Notes under the pieces: model-generated
Seen by the model: the letters and a program-made list of their open reading frames with translations, nothing else
Told to the model about the DNA's origin: nothing
Databases searched by the model: none
Assembly (NCBI GenBank): GCA_963594125.1
Contig: CAVBCV010000003.1
Span: 22,797 to 86,796, forward strand
Source: Lachnospiraceae bacterium
GTDB taxonomy: Bacteria; Pseudomonadota; Alphaproteobacteria; RF32; CAG-239
Length of the DNA stretch: 64,000 nt
Reading direction: 5' to 3'
Shown here: positions 56,211 to 64,000 of the stretch, piece after piece
Numbering within the stretch: position 1 is the first letter of the stretch
How the letters are laid out: each line of letters begins with the position of its first letter
Program-made: the position numbers and the translations under genes

Positions 56211-56249
56211 TAGGCAAAAAGAAAACGGCGCCCGAAAAGGACACCGTTT
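56211..56249 (-). terminator. Rho-independent terminator after the large lipoprotein gene
   Basis: On the minus strand, AAACGGTG...CGCCGTTT stem followed by TTTTCTTTTT. Confidence 0.55.
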
Positions 56250-56393
56250 ATTTATGATTTATGCCGATAGCGCTTGGCTATCGGGAGATTTATTTTTTGT
56301 TTCCATAACTTTGGAAGCTTAAAGGTTTCACAAAAGATTATACAAACCTCAATACCAAAACAAAAGGCATTGAGTAAAAAGATTGCGCTTAGA

Positions 56394-59300
56394 TTACCTC
56401 AGCTGGAGAACAACCTCGCCTTTGTAGGTCACGGTCAGAGTGCCATCGTCGGAAACTGCGAATGTATAACCATCAACCTTGGTTGAATAGTTGCCATTGC
56501 GCCAGTTCCACATCTTGAGGGTCGTGAAACGAATATTACGAGCGCCAGTATTCTGGTCGCGATAATAACCGATACGATCCGTCAGATCTTTGGCGATTGC
56601 AGGTGCCCACTTGTTGACAGCATAGGAGCCCCTGTTGCTGTTACTTGTGTAATACCCGGAATTATACTCTGGACCGAAGGTTCCTTTGCAGAAGTATCCA
56701 TTAAGAATATCCTGCACCGCCGGAGCCTTGGCGTTCATATCGGCGATGATGGCGACAGATCCCTTCTCAGTTCTGAGGTTAAAGCACTTCTGCGCATATT
56801 CACCTCTTACCTGATCTGCAGGAACTGCTGTAACAGCCATGCCAATAATCTTGCCCCAGTCTTCAGGGATGATCCTGTTGATCGGCTTAACGATAGCTAT
56901 TTTAGCAGCTGCTGATGCAGATGCCTGATAGTTACCGCCGGAGATTACATAATTGGTGCTGATCTTGTTCTGATAATCATATACAAGATAAGTTGTACCA
57001 TTCTGTGTGGTCTCCGTTGCCTGTGAGGAAACGCTTGAGCCTGCCTCGCTGAAGTTCCAGTTGGCGTAGTCAAAAGTGACTGTGTAGTATCCTGTCGGAT
57101 CTACATAAACCGCCTTCTGATAATCATACGAGTAGACATTGTTGAACGGATTAACGCCGTTGGTAGCAGTTGAACTGTACCTCATTGAGCGTGTTGTTAT
57201 CGTCCAATTTCCGTCCTTGCTTGGGCTCTCACTGATTTGTGAACTTCCGTTGCTCTTGGTGGAATAACTGTTGTTCACAGTATATACCCACTGGAGAGCC
57301 GGTTCGCTGAGGTGGCGTGAAAGGTTCTTGGTGATAGTGTTTGTTTTCTCACCTGAAACCGACCATGTCTCAACTTCCGTGAAGGAAATTCTCTCAGTAT
57401 TGGCGTTAACGATCTCTCTCTTGACGTCCCTGTAGGATTTGCTCACAAGCTTGTCCTCCGGCTTAGGCTTAACGATAGCTATTTTGGCAGTTGCGGACGC
57501 AGAAGCCTGATAGTTACCGCCGGAGATTACATAATTGGTGCTGATCTTGTTCTGATAATCATATACAAGATAAGTTGTACCATTCTGTGTGGTCTCCGTT
57601 GCCTGTGAGGAAACGCTTGAGCCTGCCTCGCTGAAGTTCCAGTTGGCGTAGTCAAAAGTGACTGTGTAGTATCCTGTCGGATCTACATAAACCGCCTTCT
57701 GATAATCATACGAGTAGACATTGTTGAACGGATTAACGCCGTTGGTAGCAGTTGAACTGTACCTCATTGAGCGTGTTGTTATCGTCCAATTTCCGTCCTT
57801 GCTCGGGGTCTCACTGACCTGAGATGATCCGTTACTCTTGGTGGTATAACTGTTGTTCACAGTATAAATCCACTGGAGAGCCGGTTCGCTGAGGTGTCTG
57901 GTCAAATTCCTGGTGATAGTGTTTGTCTTTTCACCACTAACCGACCATGTCTCAACTTCCGTGAAGGAAATTCTCTCAGTATTCGCGTTAACGATCTCGC
58001 GCTTCATATTCCGGTATGACTTGCTGACGAGCTTGTCCTCTCTGGTCTGGACGTACAGCATTCGCTGATAAGGAACTGCCACGCGATAGGTGGTAACTTC
58101 CTCACCGGATGCCTTAGTTTTAGCCTTAGAATCGTTCTTGACAACGTCAAGATCGTAATAAAGCGTTACATCGGCAACCTTGCGATTGGCTGTGGACGCC
58201 TGTTCATTCAACTTGGCATCAGCTCTTACGAATCTGATGTTTTGCACAGCTGAATAAGTCAGAGCCTTGTCCAAATAGGTGAGATACTCGTAGACGGAAC
58301 TGTTAGACACAGTCTCGCCTGCGTTGAGCTGATAGCTCCTCGCAAATGTACGAGTTGTGGTTCTGAAATTACCGTTTGAGCTAATATTCACCTTATCGTC
58401 ACCAATCGTGGTGTTGACAAGTTGAACATTCGTCAAATCGGATTCTTTCTCCACCCAAACTTCAGAGTCCACCTCAAAGGTAGAACCGAGGTTGAGGTCA
58501 GCCGAAACTCTTTTGCGGCTGATTTCTTCGTCATTTTTGTAGCGAACCTCTTCAGCGGTAACCCTTTGTTCATCAGTGACAAGTTTTTTGGTTTTTGCCT
58601 CAAACTCACCGATGTAGGTGTCATTCTCCAGTTTGGTCTCGTAATTGTCCGGAACCTGTACGTGCTTGTGAATGCGGGTGTACGGAACTCTGATTAGATA
58701 ATCCGCAATCTTAGCGCCATTCTCACGTACCAGTGTTGCAACAAAGAACAAATGGACGGTGTTGACGGTGCTATCCGCATTGGACAATGCCGTATTTCTA
58801 ACGGACTTGCTGTGAGAGTAAGCAATGTTGCTAATCTCTGCGTGTGCAAGAGTGCTATCGCCATAAGCGAGTGCCTCATACGCCGCGTTGATATATACTC
58901 TCTCACCCTCATTGAAGCTGAACGAATAGTTCTGTTGATATGAGGATTTAACAAATCTACCGTTAGTACCGGCGATTGAGCGTGTCAGGTTATCCTTGGA
59001 CTGCGCGGTAAGCGCAACCAAGTTCAGCGCGTTGTCACTGCTAACCCAAAGCTTGTTCGGGCTGATAGTGGCGTCGGCTCTGAGATTTAAGTCCTCGCGG
59101 AAGCTTTCTTTACGCAGGATGTCGGCGTTGTTGTACGAAACAACCATGCCGGCAACATTTTGCTTTACCGTAAACAGCTTGCACACGGTGGTGTCAAACT
59201 GAGCAGCAAAGGTAATGTTTTCCAGACGCTTGTAAAAATTGTCCGGAAGTTTACCGCTCTTATAGATGCGCTGCGTAGGAACACGAACGAGCGTGTCACG

Positions 59301-59963
59301 CTTGGCACCTTCCACGTCAAAGTCAACCTTAAAGAAGAGATTGACGTCAAAGACGGTTGAATCCGCATTGGAAAGTTGCGCATTCTTCTTAGCCTCGGCG
59401 TATTTGTAGTTTACGCCTTTGACTACCGCGGCTGCCAAAGCGCTGTCCTTTGCCGCGACCACAAGCTGCTGCCAGGTGGCGTCAGCTGTCACGACCTCGT
59501 TTGCATTGAAGACAAACTCATCGTGCTGGGTGTTGGTCACAAGCTTGAACGGAGTCTTGCTGACTGAGGAGGTGTTCACCTTGCCCTCTTTGAAGCTTAC
59601 AAGCCCGATATCGGACAAAAGCTTCTCCTCCGGCACGTATACCTTTTTAGGCGCACATGCGAAGTTTACTTTGAAGACAAGGTCCTGATCAAAACGCATA
59701 CGCGATGTCTCAGATCCACCCTCTTTTTCCACAATCTCACCGCTGATATTCTCTTTGGAAGAGAACTCGTTATCGGCGACATTGAAATCATTCACCAACG
59801 AGATATTTTCATACCTCGTTTGCTTCTTAGTCCTGACCTCTTCCGAAACATTCAGTTTCGTTGATTCTTTGACGAAATCGTCACAAGAGAAGGTCATCAT
59901 AGCACATACCGCGGCGATTACCACTTTGATAACCATTGCCGCAAAAGCTTTTACGTTTGCCAT
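56394..59963 (-). CDS. 1189-aa repeat-containing surface lipoprotein of unknown function, Bacteroidota-like signals
   Basis: Signal peptide ending MTFSC followed by DD. No SD sequence before the ATG. Codon usage differs from neighbours (CTG, TTC, ATC, AGG). Three diverged plus two near-identical modules of about 194 aa, and a unique C-terminal domain. Confidence 0.8.
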   Translation of the reverse strand: MANVKAFAAMVIKVVIAAVCAMMTFSCDDFVKESTKLNVSEEVRTKKQTRYENISLVNDFNVADNEFSSKENISGEIVEKEGGSETSRMRFDQDLVFKVNFACAPKKVYVPEEKLLSDIGLVSFKEGKVNTSSVSKTPFKLVTNTQHDEFVFNANEVVTADATWQQLVVAAKDSALAAAVVKGVNYKYAEAKKNAQLSNADSTVFDVNLFFKVDFDVEGAKRDTLVRVPTQRIYKSGKLPDNFYKRLENITFAAQFDTTVCKLFTVKQNVAGMVVSYNNADILRKESFREDLNLRADATISPNKLWVSSDNALNLVALTAQSKDNLTRSIAGTNGRFVKSSYQQNYSFSFNEGERVYINAAYEALAYGDSTLAHAEISNIAYSHSKSVRNTALSNADSTVNTVHLFFVATLVRENGAKIADYLIRVPYTRIHKHVQVPDNYETKLENDTYIGEFEAKTKKLVTDEQRVTAEEVRYKNDEEISRKRVSADLNLGSTFEVDSEVWVEKESDLTNVQLVNTTIGDDKVNISSNGNFRTTTRTFARSYQLNAGETVSNSSVYEYLTYLDKALTYSAVQNIRFVRADAKLNEQASTANRKVADVTLYYDLDVVKNDSKAKTKASGEEVTTYRVAVPYQRMLYVQTREDKLVSKSYRNMKREIVNANTERISFTEVETWSVSGEKTNTITRNLTRHLSEPALQWIYTVNNSYTTKSNGSSQVSETPSKDGNWTITTRSMRYSSTATNGVNPFNNVYSYDYQKAVYVDPTGYYTVTFDYANWNFSEAGSSVSSQATETTQNGTTYLVYDYQNKISTNYVISGGNYQASASATAKIAIVKPKPEDKLVSKSYRDVKREIVNANTERISFTEVETWSVSGEKTNTITKNLSRHLSEPALQWVYTVNNSYSTKSNGSSQISESPSKDGNWTITTRSMRYSSTATNGVNPFNNVYSYDYQKAVYVDPTGYYTVTFDYANWNFSEAGSSVSSQATETTQNGTTYLVYDYQNKISTNYVISGGNYQASASAAAKIAIVKPINRIIPEDWGKIIGMAVTAVPADQVRGEYAQKCFNLRTEKGSVAIIADMNAKAPAVQDILNGYFCKGTFGPEYNSGYYTSNSNRGSYAVNKWAPAIAKDLTDRIGYYRDQNTGARNIRFTTLKMWNWRNGNYSTKVDGYTFAVSDDGTLTVTYKGEVVLQLR
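56884..58047. repeat. Tandem in-frame 582-bp duplication inside the lipoprotein gene
   Basis: Unit 1 is 56884-57465 and unit 2 is 57466-58047. A 299-bp core is perfectly identical (56923-57221 versus 57505-57803). The flanks are roughly 85-90 percent identical. Confidence 0.95.
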
Positions 59964-60228
59964 AATTGTTTATTATTTTTTTGGTTTATTTTTTCTTTTA
60001 ATAAAACAAATTTACGTATACCAAATGTTATGAAAAATCTTTTCAATTTTTCAATAATTTAACATAAGAGTAGACATAATTCGTATTTTGTAAAGGGGAT
60101 TTTAGCATATAAGCGACTAAAAAACAAGCACAAAATTAATTTTGTCAAAAAAAATTAAACCACAAAAATGCCCGCCGCGATGAGGCAAGCAGGCACCTTT
60201 GTTTTAGCCATTGTAAAGACTTTATATT

Positions 60229-61203
60229 TTATGCTTCAATAAAAATATGTCCATTTTCAATAACGGCTTTGCCGCCAAGCGGAATGGTTGCAATCGGAGT
60301 GGTGTGCCCCATATCGGTATTGGCAATAACCGGCATATTTTTAAGTTCAGGCTTTGAGTTAATGATAAACTCCAGAGTCTCGCGGCTCATACCGGAAGCT
60401 TTTTGGAACCTACCGATAACCAAGCCTTTAACATTTACAAAATCAGGCTGATTAATCAGCGCTTGCAAGTTGCGCTCAAAATGAACCGGCTTGGACTCAT
60501 CATCGTCTTCAATAAACAAAATGGTGTCTTTAACAAATTGCGGGCGATATTCAGTGCCTAAATTAAGGTTAAAGGTGCACAAATTGCCGCCGATTATCGT
60601 TCCCTCAGCGTTGCCGGAGTGAATATGCCACCAGCCATCGTTTTTGATAAACTCGCGCTGCTCTTGATTTAAGAACCATAAATCATCGCTCCATTCGTCT
60701 GAAGCTTTTAATTCATATTTTCCATTGCTAAACAACGTATTATGAGCGTTTGTTAAAGTATAATCGCAACCTTTTAGCATACCTAAAGAGCTGTAATGCG
60801 GACCGTAATATGTAACCATTCCGGTTTTAGCATAAATAGCGGCATGCAAAGCGGTAATATCAGAAAAGCCGATAAATACTTTCGGGTTTTGTTTGATAAC
60901 ATTAAAGTCTAAACGCTTTAAGAGCTGGTTAGAATTAAAACCGCCGATGACCGTAAACACGCCTTTAATCGTTTTATCGGCAAATGCGGTCATTAAATCA
61001 GCAGCGCGCTTTTCAATGCTTGCGGAGCCTAACATATCATAATTTTCATCAGTGGTATTGGGCGCAAAAACAACCTCAAGCCCCCACTCCGCCAAGCGTT
61101 TTTCCGCAATTTGGCGGCAATCGGCTCCTATCAGTTTTAAGCCGCGCGACGGCGCCACAATCATAATTTTATCGCCTTTGTGTAATTTAGGTGCGTTTAA
61201 CAT
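60229..61203 (-). CDS. LD-carboxypeptidase / MccF-like S66 family peptidase
   Basis: 324 aa. Contains IMIVAPS, GFSDITAL (nucleophile Ser) and C-terminal GHT. Size is typical of the family. Confidence 0.85.
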   Translation of the reverse strand: MLNAPKLHKGDKIMIVAPSRGLKLIGADCRQIAEKRLAEWGLEVVFAPNTTDENYDMLGSASIEKRAADLMTAFADKTIKGVFTVIGGFNSNQLLKRLDFNVIKQNPKVFIGFSDITALHAAIYAKTGMVTYYGPHYSSLGMLKGCDYTLTNAHNTLFSNGKYELKASDEWSDDLWFLNQEQREFIKNDGWWHIHSGNAEGTIIGGNLCTFNLNLGTEYRPQFVKDTILFIEDDDESKPVHFERNLQALINQPDFVNVKGLVIGRFQKASGMSRETLEFIINSKPELKNMPVIANTDMGHTTPIATIPLGGKAVIENGHIFIEA

Positions 61204-61204
61204 T

Positions 61205-62866
61205 TTAATTCTCCTTAGTTTCTTGGTAAATATGGAAAAATGTAACCGGTTTTATATCGGTTGCCTGCAAAACTTTTTTACGAATCCGACCTTTGATAAA
61301 TTCTTGAACCGCCGGAGTTAAGCCGCCGCATTCGTGCAATTTTTCCTCAATCTGCGGGATAACCGCCTGCTTAATTTCCGCGGCAAGCGGCTCCCAATCT
61401 TTGGCTTCTAATATATCTATGGAGGAAATTTGCAAATCCGCCACGCGGTTATCGGCAGTTATTACCGCGCTGATAAACAAACTGCAATTATAGGCAATTT
61501 TTTTGCGGTTTTTAACCACGTCAGAAGTTAACGACACGCAACGCCCGCGATCAACGCCCATAACCTCAGACTCAACTTCTTCGGTTTTGGTAATAGCGCC
61601 GCCGTTTACTAAAAACATATCGCCGTTTTGCCCCGAGCAAACCTCAGGCACGCCGCAACTTAAAGCAAAGCGTTTGTGCTCGCGGATAAAGCGCTTATCG
61701 CCATGCACCGGAAAAACAATCTGCGGGCGCAAAATCTGATACATCTTTTTAAGCTCTTCTTTAGACGGGTGTCCGGAAGTGTGTACCAATTCGGTTTCTT
61801 CCGTGATGACGGTAACGCCCAAATCCATCATTTTTTCCTGCATGTGCTCAATTTTTTCCTCGTTTCCGGGGATGATTTTGGAAGAAAAAATAATGGTGTC
61901 ATTTTTGCCAAGCTTAACATACTTGCTATCGCCGTTGGCAATAATGCTTAAAGCGCTGCGATAATTAGCTTGCGAGCCGGTGCAAATATACAAGGCTTTA
62001 TCTTCGGTGATGCCCTGCACCTCCTGCGGAGTGTAAACTTTGGGCAAATCAGCAAAATAGCCGCATTCTTTGGCAATTTTCATGTTAGTGATTAAGCTTT
62101 TGCCCATTAAAACCGGAGTTCTGCCGGCTTTTTCAGCCGCTAAAACCAAGCTTTCAAGCCGCATCAGGTTAGAGGCAAAACAAGTCACGATTAAGCCGCC
62201 CTCAATTTGCGGAATCCGCTCAATCAGGCTTTGGCGGATAACCGCCTCGCTCGGCTGAATTTTTTCAAGCATTACATTGGTAGAATCGCATACAAACATA
62301 TTTATGCCTTCATCACCGGCGGCTTTTAATTCCGCCATGCCGGTCGGGAGCATATCAAGTCTGCCGTCATCAAAGCGCCAATCGGTAGCGTGAAAGATAT
62401 TGCCGTATTCGGTTTTAATCAGCAAACCGCAAGTTTCCGGCACGGAATGCACCAGCGGAATATATTTTACCGTGAACTCGTCAAGTTCAACCGTGTCACC
62501 GGCATGCACGGGGTTTAAGGGCACGATTTTTTCCATTTTATATTCTTTTAAGCGCTCTTTGATAAGCCCTAGAGCAAAAGGCGTGCCGTATACCGGACAT
62601 TGCAATGACGGCCAAATATGGGCAATGGCGCCCATGTGGTCTTCATGTCCGTGAGTAATAAAAATGCCTTTTACATCATTTTTAAATTCTTCCAAAAATT
62701 CCGGCGAGGCATAGCTCATATCCATTCCGGGGTAGTCGTCATTTAAAAAGCCGTAACCGGTGTCAACCACAATCCACTTGCCGTTGACGCTGTATGCATA
62801 CATGTTCATGCCGATTTCATCGGCGCCGCCTAACGGCAAAAAATATATTCCTTCTTTTTTAATCAT
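61205..62866 (-). CDS. rnj: Ribonuclease J (MBL/beta-CASP)
   Basis: Contains THGHEDHMGA and beta-CASP motifs. The start at 62866 follows AGAGGA and overlaps the birA end by 8 nt. Confidence 0.9.
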   Translation of the reverse strand: MIKKEGIYFLPLGGADEIGMNMYAYSVNGKWIVVDTGYGFLNDDYPGMDMSYASPEFLEEFKNDVKGIFITHGHEDHMGAIAHIWPSLQCPVYGTPFALGLIKERLKEYKMEKIVPLNPVHAGDTVELDEFTVKYIPLVHSVPETCGLLIKTEYGNIFHATDWRFDDGRLDMLPTGMAELKAAGDEGINMFVCDSTNVMLEKIQPSEAVIRQSLIERIPQIEGGLIVTCFASNLMRLESLVLAAEKAGRTPVLMGKSLITNMKIAKECGYFADLPKVYTPQEVQGITEDKALYICTGSQANYRSALSIIANGDSKYVKLGKNDTIIFSSKIIPGNEEKIEHMQEKMMDLGVTVITEETELVHTSGHPSKEELKKMYQILRPQIVFPVHGDKRFIREHKRFALSCGVPEVCSGQNGDMFLVNGGAITKTEEVESEVMGVDRGRCVSLTSDVVKNRKKIAYNCSLFISAVITADNRVADLQISSIDILEAKDWEPLAAEIKQAVIPQIEEKLHECGGLTPAVQEFIKGRIRKKVLQATDIKPVTFFHIYQETKEN

Positions 62867-63596
62867 CTTTTTCCTCTTTTGGCGCGGCAAACATATCTCC
62901 GGCAATTATTACCTCGGTCTTGCGCCCGTTTTTTAACAGCAAACAGCCGTTATCATCTATGCCGGCAAAAATGCCGCTTTTATCATTATTTTCTTGTTTT
63001 ATAACTATCGGTTTATTAAGGTTGCAAGCATTGCTCTGCCATATCTGTTTTAACTTTTCAAATCCTTCTTGGCGGTAAATGTACAACAGAGTGTTCCAAT
63101 TCGCAATAAGTTTTTTAAGCACGGCTATGCGGTCGGTATCCGCGCCCAAAGCGTTAAGCCCCGCCGTGGCATAAGCGGAGGCGCCTAAATCAGGGTGCGA
63201 AACAATGTTGATGCCAACGCCCATAATCCAAAAATCAGCCGGTCCGCGCTCAAACAGAATACCGGAAATCTTAGCACCGCCAACCAGCACATCATTCGGC
63301 CATTTTAATTTTATATCAGCTTGCGGGCAGAAAAACTGCACGGTTTGCATTACCGCAATGCCGCTGATTATGACCAAACGGCTTAAATCTTGCAATTCAG
63401 CCTTGAACGCCATAGACATAAACAAATTGCCGCTCTCACTAATCCAACTATGACCGCGGCGCCCCCTACCCTTGGTCTGAACTTCAGAGGTTACCAGGCA
63501 TGGAGCTTTCAGCTTATCGCAAAGTTTGTAAACTTCAGTATTGGTGCTCTCGCAAGTTTTTTTATCCTGCCAGATTATGCCGTTAATCTCGTTCAT
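62859..63596 (-). CDS. birA: Biotin--[acetyl-CoA-carboxylase] ligase
   Basis: Contains GRGRRGHSW (GRGRxGRxW) and KWPNDV. Confidence 0.9.
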   Translation of the reverse strand: MNEINGIIWQDKKTCESTNTEVYKLCDKLKAPCLVTSEVQTKGRGRRGHSWISESGNLFMSMAFKAELQDLSRLVIISGIAVMQTVQFFCPQADIKLKWPNDVLVGGAKISGILFERGPADFWIMGVGINIVSHPDLGASAYATAGLNALGADTDRIAVLKKLIANWNTLLYIYRQEGFEKLKQIWQSNACNLNKPIVIKQENNDKSGIFAGIDDNGCLLLKNGRKTEVIIAGDMFAAPKEEKDD

Positions 63597-64000
63597 TATT
63601 TAACCCCGCTTATCAGCCACAAAGATTTATCCAACAAAAATTCAGGGTAAAACATAATGCTTAACGATAAAAGCATATTAAGCATAATCAGAATGTAAAG
63701 TATCGGCTCCGCGCGGTCGGTATTGGCAGCGGATGCGGCAAAAAACACCGTGCGGAAAATTTGCATAAACGCCGGAAGTATTATTATCAGCGCAAACACT
63801 ATCGCGGCAACCATAAAATATTGCCCGCCAAGCACCAAATAATTAAGCGTATTCCAGGCTGAAAAGAATATCGGCAGCGGTGAAACAATCATTAAAGACA
63901 GTATGAAAAACAACAATGCCACGGCTATAAAAGGTTTGTTTTTGGCAACTCCGTTCAGCATATTTAAGTTTGATAAATACTCGCCGTTGCGCTTAAAAGC
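63596..64000 (-). CDS. C-terminal part of a NuoN/Mrp-type proton-translocating membrane subunit (gene runs off the window)
   Basis: The frame stays open to position 64000. Hydrophobic helices. Its position upstream of birA-rnj matches the nuoN-birA-rnj order seen in Alphaproteobacteria. Confidence 0.5.
   Translation of the reverse strand, partial: AFKRNGEYLSNLNMLNGVAKNKPFIAVALLFFILSLMIVSPLPIFFSAWNTLNYLVLGGQYFMVAAIVFALIIILPAFMQIFRTVFFAASAANTDRAEPILYILIMLNMLLSLSIMFYPEFLLDKSLWLISGVK

Noticed and set aside
56884-58047. Possible CRISPR-like or satellite array because of long exact repeats
   Set aside because: There are only two units of 582 bp, in frame within a coding sequence, with no spacer-repeat periodicity. 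No CRISPR array exists anywhere in the window.
58422-59688. Plus- and minus-strand 60-90-aa ORFs inside the large lipoprotein gene
   Set aside because: They are alternative-frame or antisense shadows of the 1189-aa ORF, and some are repeated only because the gene is internally repetitive.
60093-60108. GGGGATTTTAGC match to the hairpin arm of the shared leader, upstream of the large lipoprotein gene
   Set aside because: Only about 13 nt match. There is no flanking similarity and no A-tract or second arm. It could be chance in AT-rich DNA.

Overview
This 64-kb window is chromosomal DNA from a low-GC, apparently anaerobic Gram-negative bacterium. The gene order looks alphaproteobacterial: nuoN-birA-rnj, rlpA-dacC-tmk-holB-tatD-MBL, hfq-hflX and lolCE-lolD. 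That lineage call is an inference from synteny, not a search result. About 60 protein genes and one tRNA-Ser(GCU) are supported. I found no rRNA, CRISPR array, integrase or transposase.

From about 38 kb onward the window is a dense minus-strand housekeeping block. It contains lolCE, lolD, dnaJ, tatD, holB, tmk, a DD-carboxypeptidase, rlpA, a lytic transglycosylase, hflX, hfq, def, nusB, nrdR, murF, a group-B-type [FeFe] hydrogenase, rnj and birA. The first 19 kb carries an RND efflux pair, argS, rnhA, an M16 peptidase, elbB, tatD, tcdA and tandem HydF paralogs.

Accessory or unusual content, in window order:
1. A roughly 100-nt promoter/leader with an A10 tract and a hairpin occurs twice in inverted orientation. 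One copy sits upstream of a GT2 glycosyltransferase and the other upstream of a pilin-like gene. Each copy lies next to a double-hairpin REP-like element.
2. A two-gene cassette of unknown function (6.2-8.2 kb) has its own strong promoter and is flanked by direct repeats.
3. A Schlafen/AlbA_2-domain protein is translationally coupled to rnhA.
4. A HydF paralog has lost its Fe-S ligands.
5. A 6.5-kb island (19.4-26 kb) encodes three large orphan proteins with glycine-zipper and coiled-coil character, plus three small membrane proteins. It is bracketed by identical 38-bp repeats and lies beside tRNA-Ser.
6. A nested palindromic element is embedded in the 5' end of the pilin-like ORF.
7. A sulfatase-like membrane protein sits where yejB would be in a yejEF operon.
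8. A tightly coupled operon encodes a PnuC-like transporter, a nucleoside-deoxyribosyltransferase-like protein, a small radical-SAM enzyme and an OprB-like porin, next to nadM. I consider this the best candidate for an undescribed system.
9. A 1189-aa repeat lipoprotein carries Bacteroidota-style expression and export signals and a 582-bp tandem duplication.

All functional calls rest on motif recognition by eye. No database search was possible.
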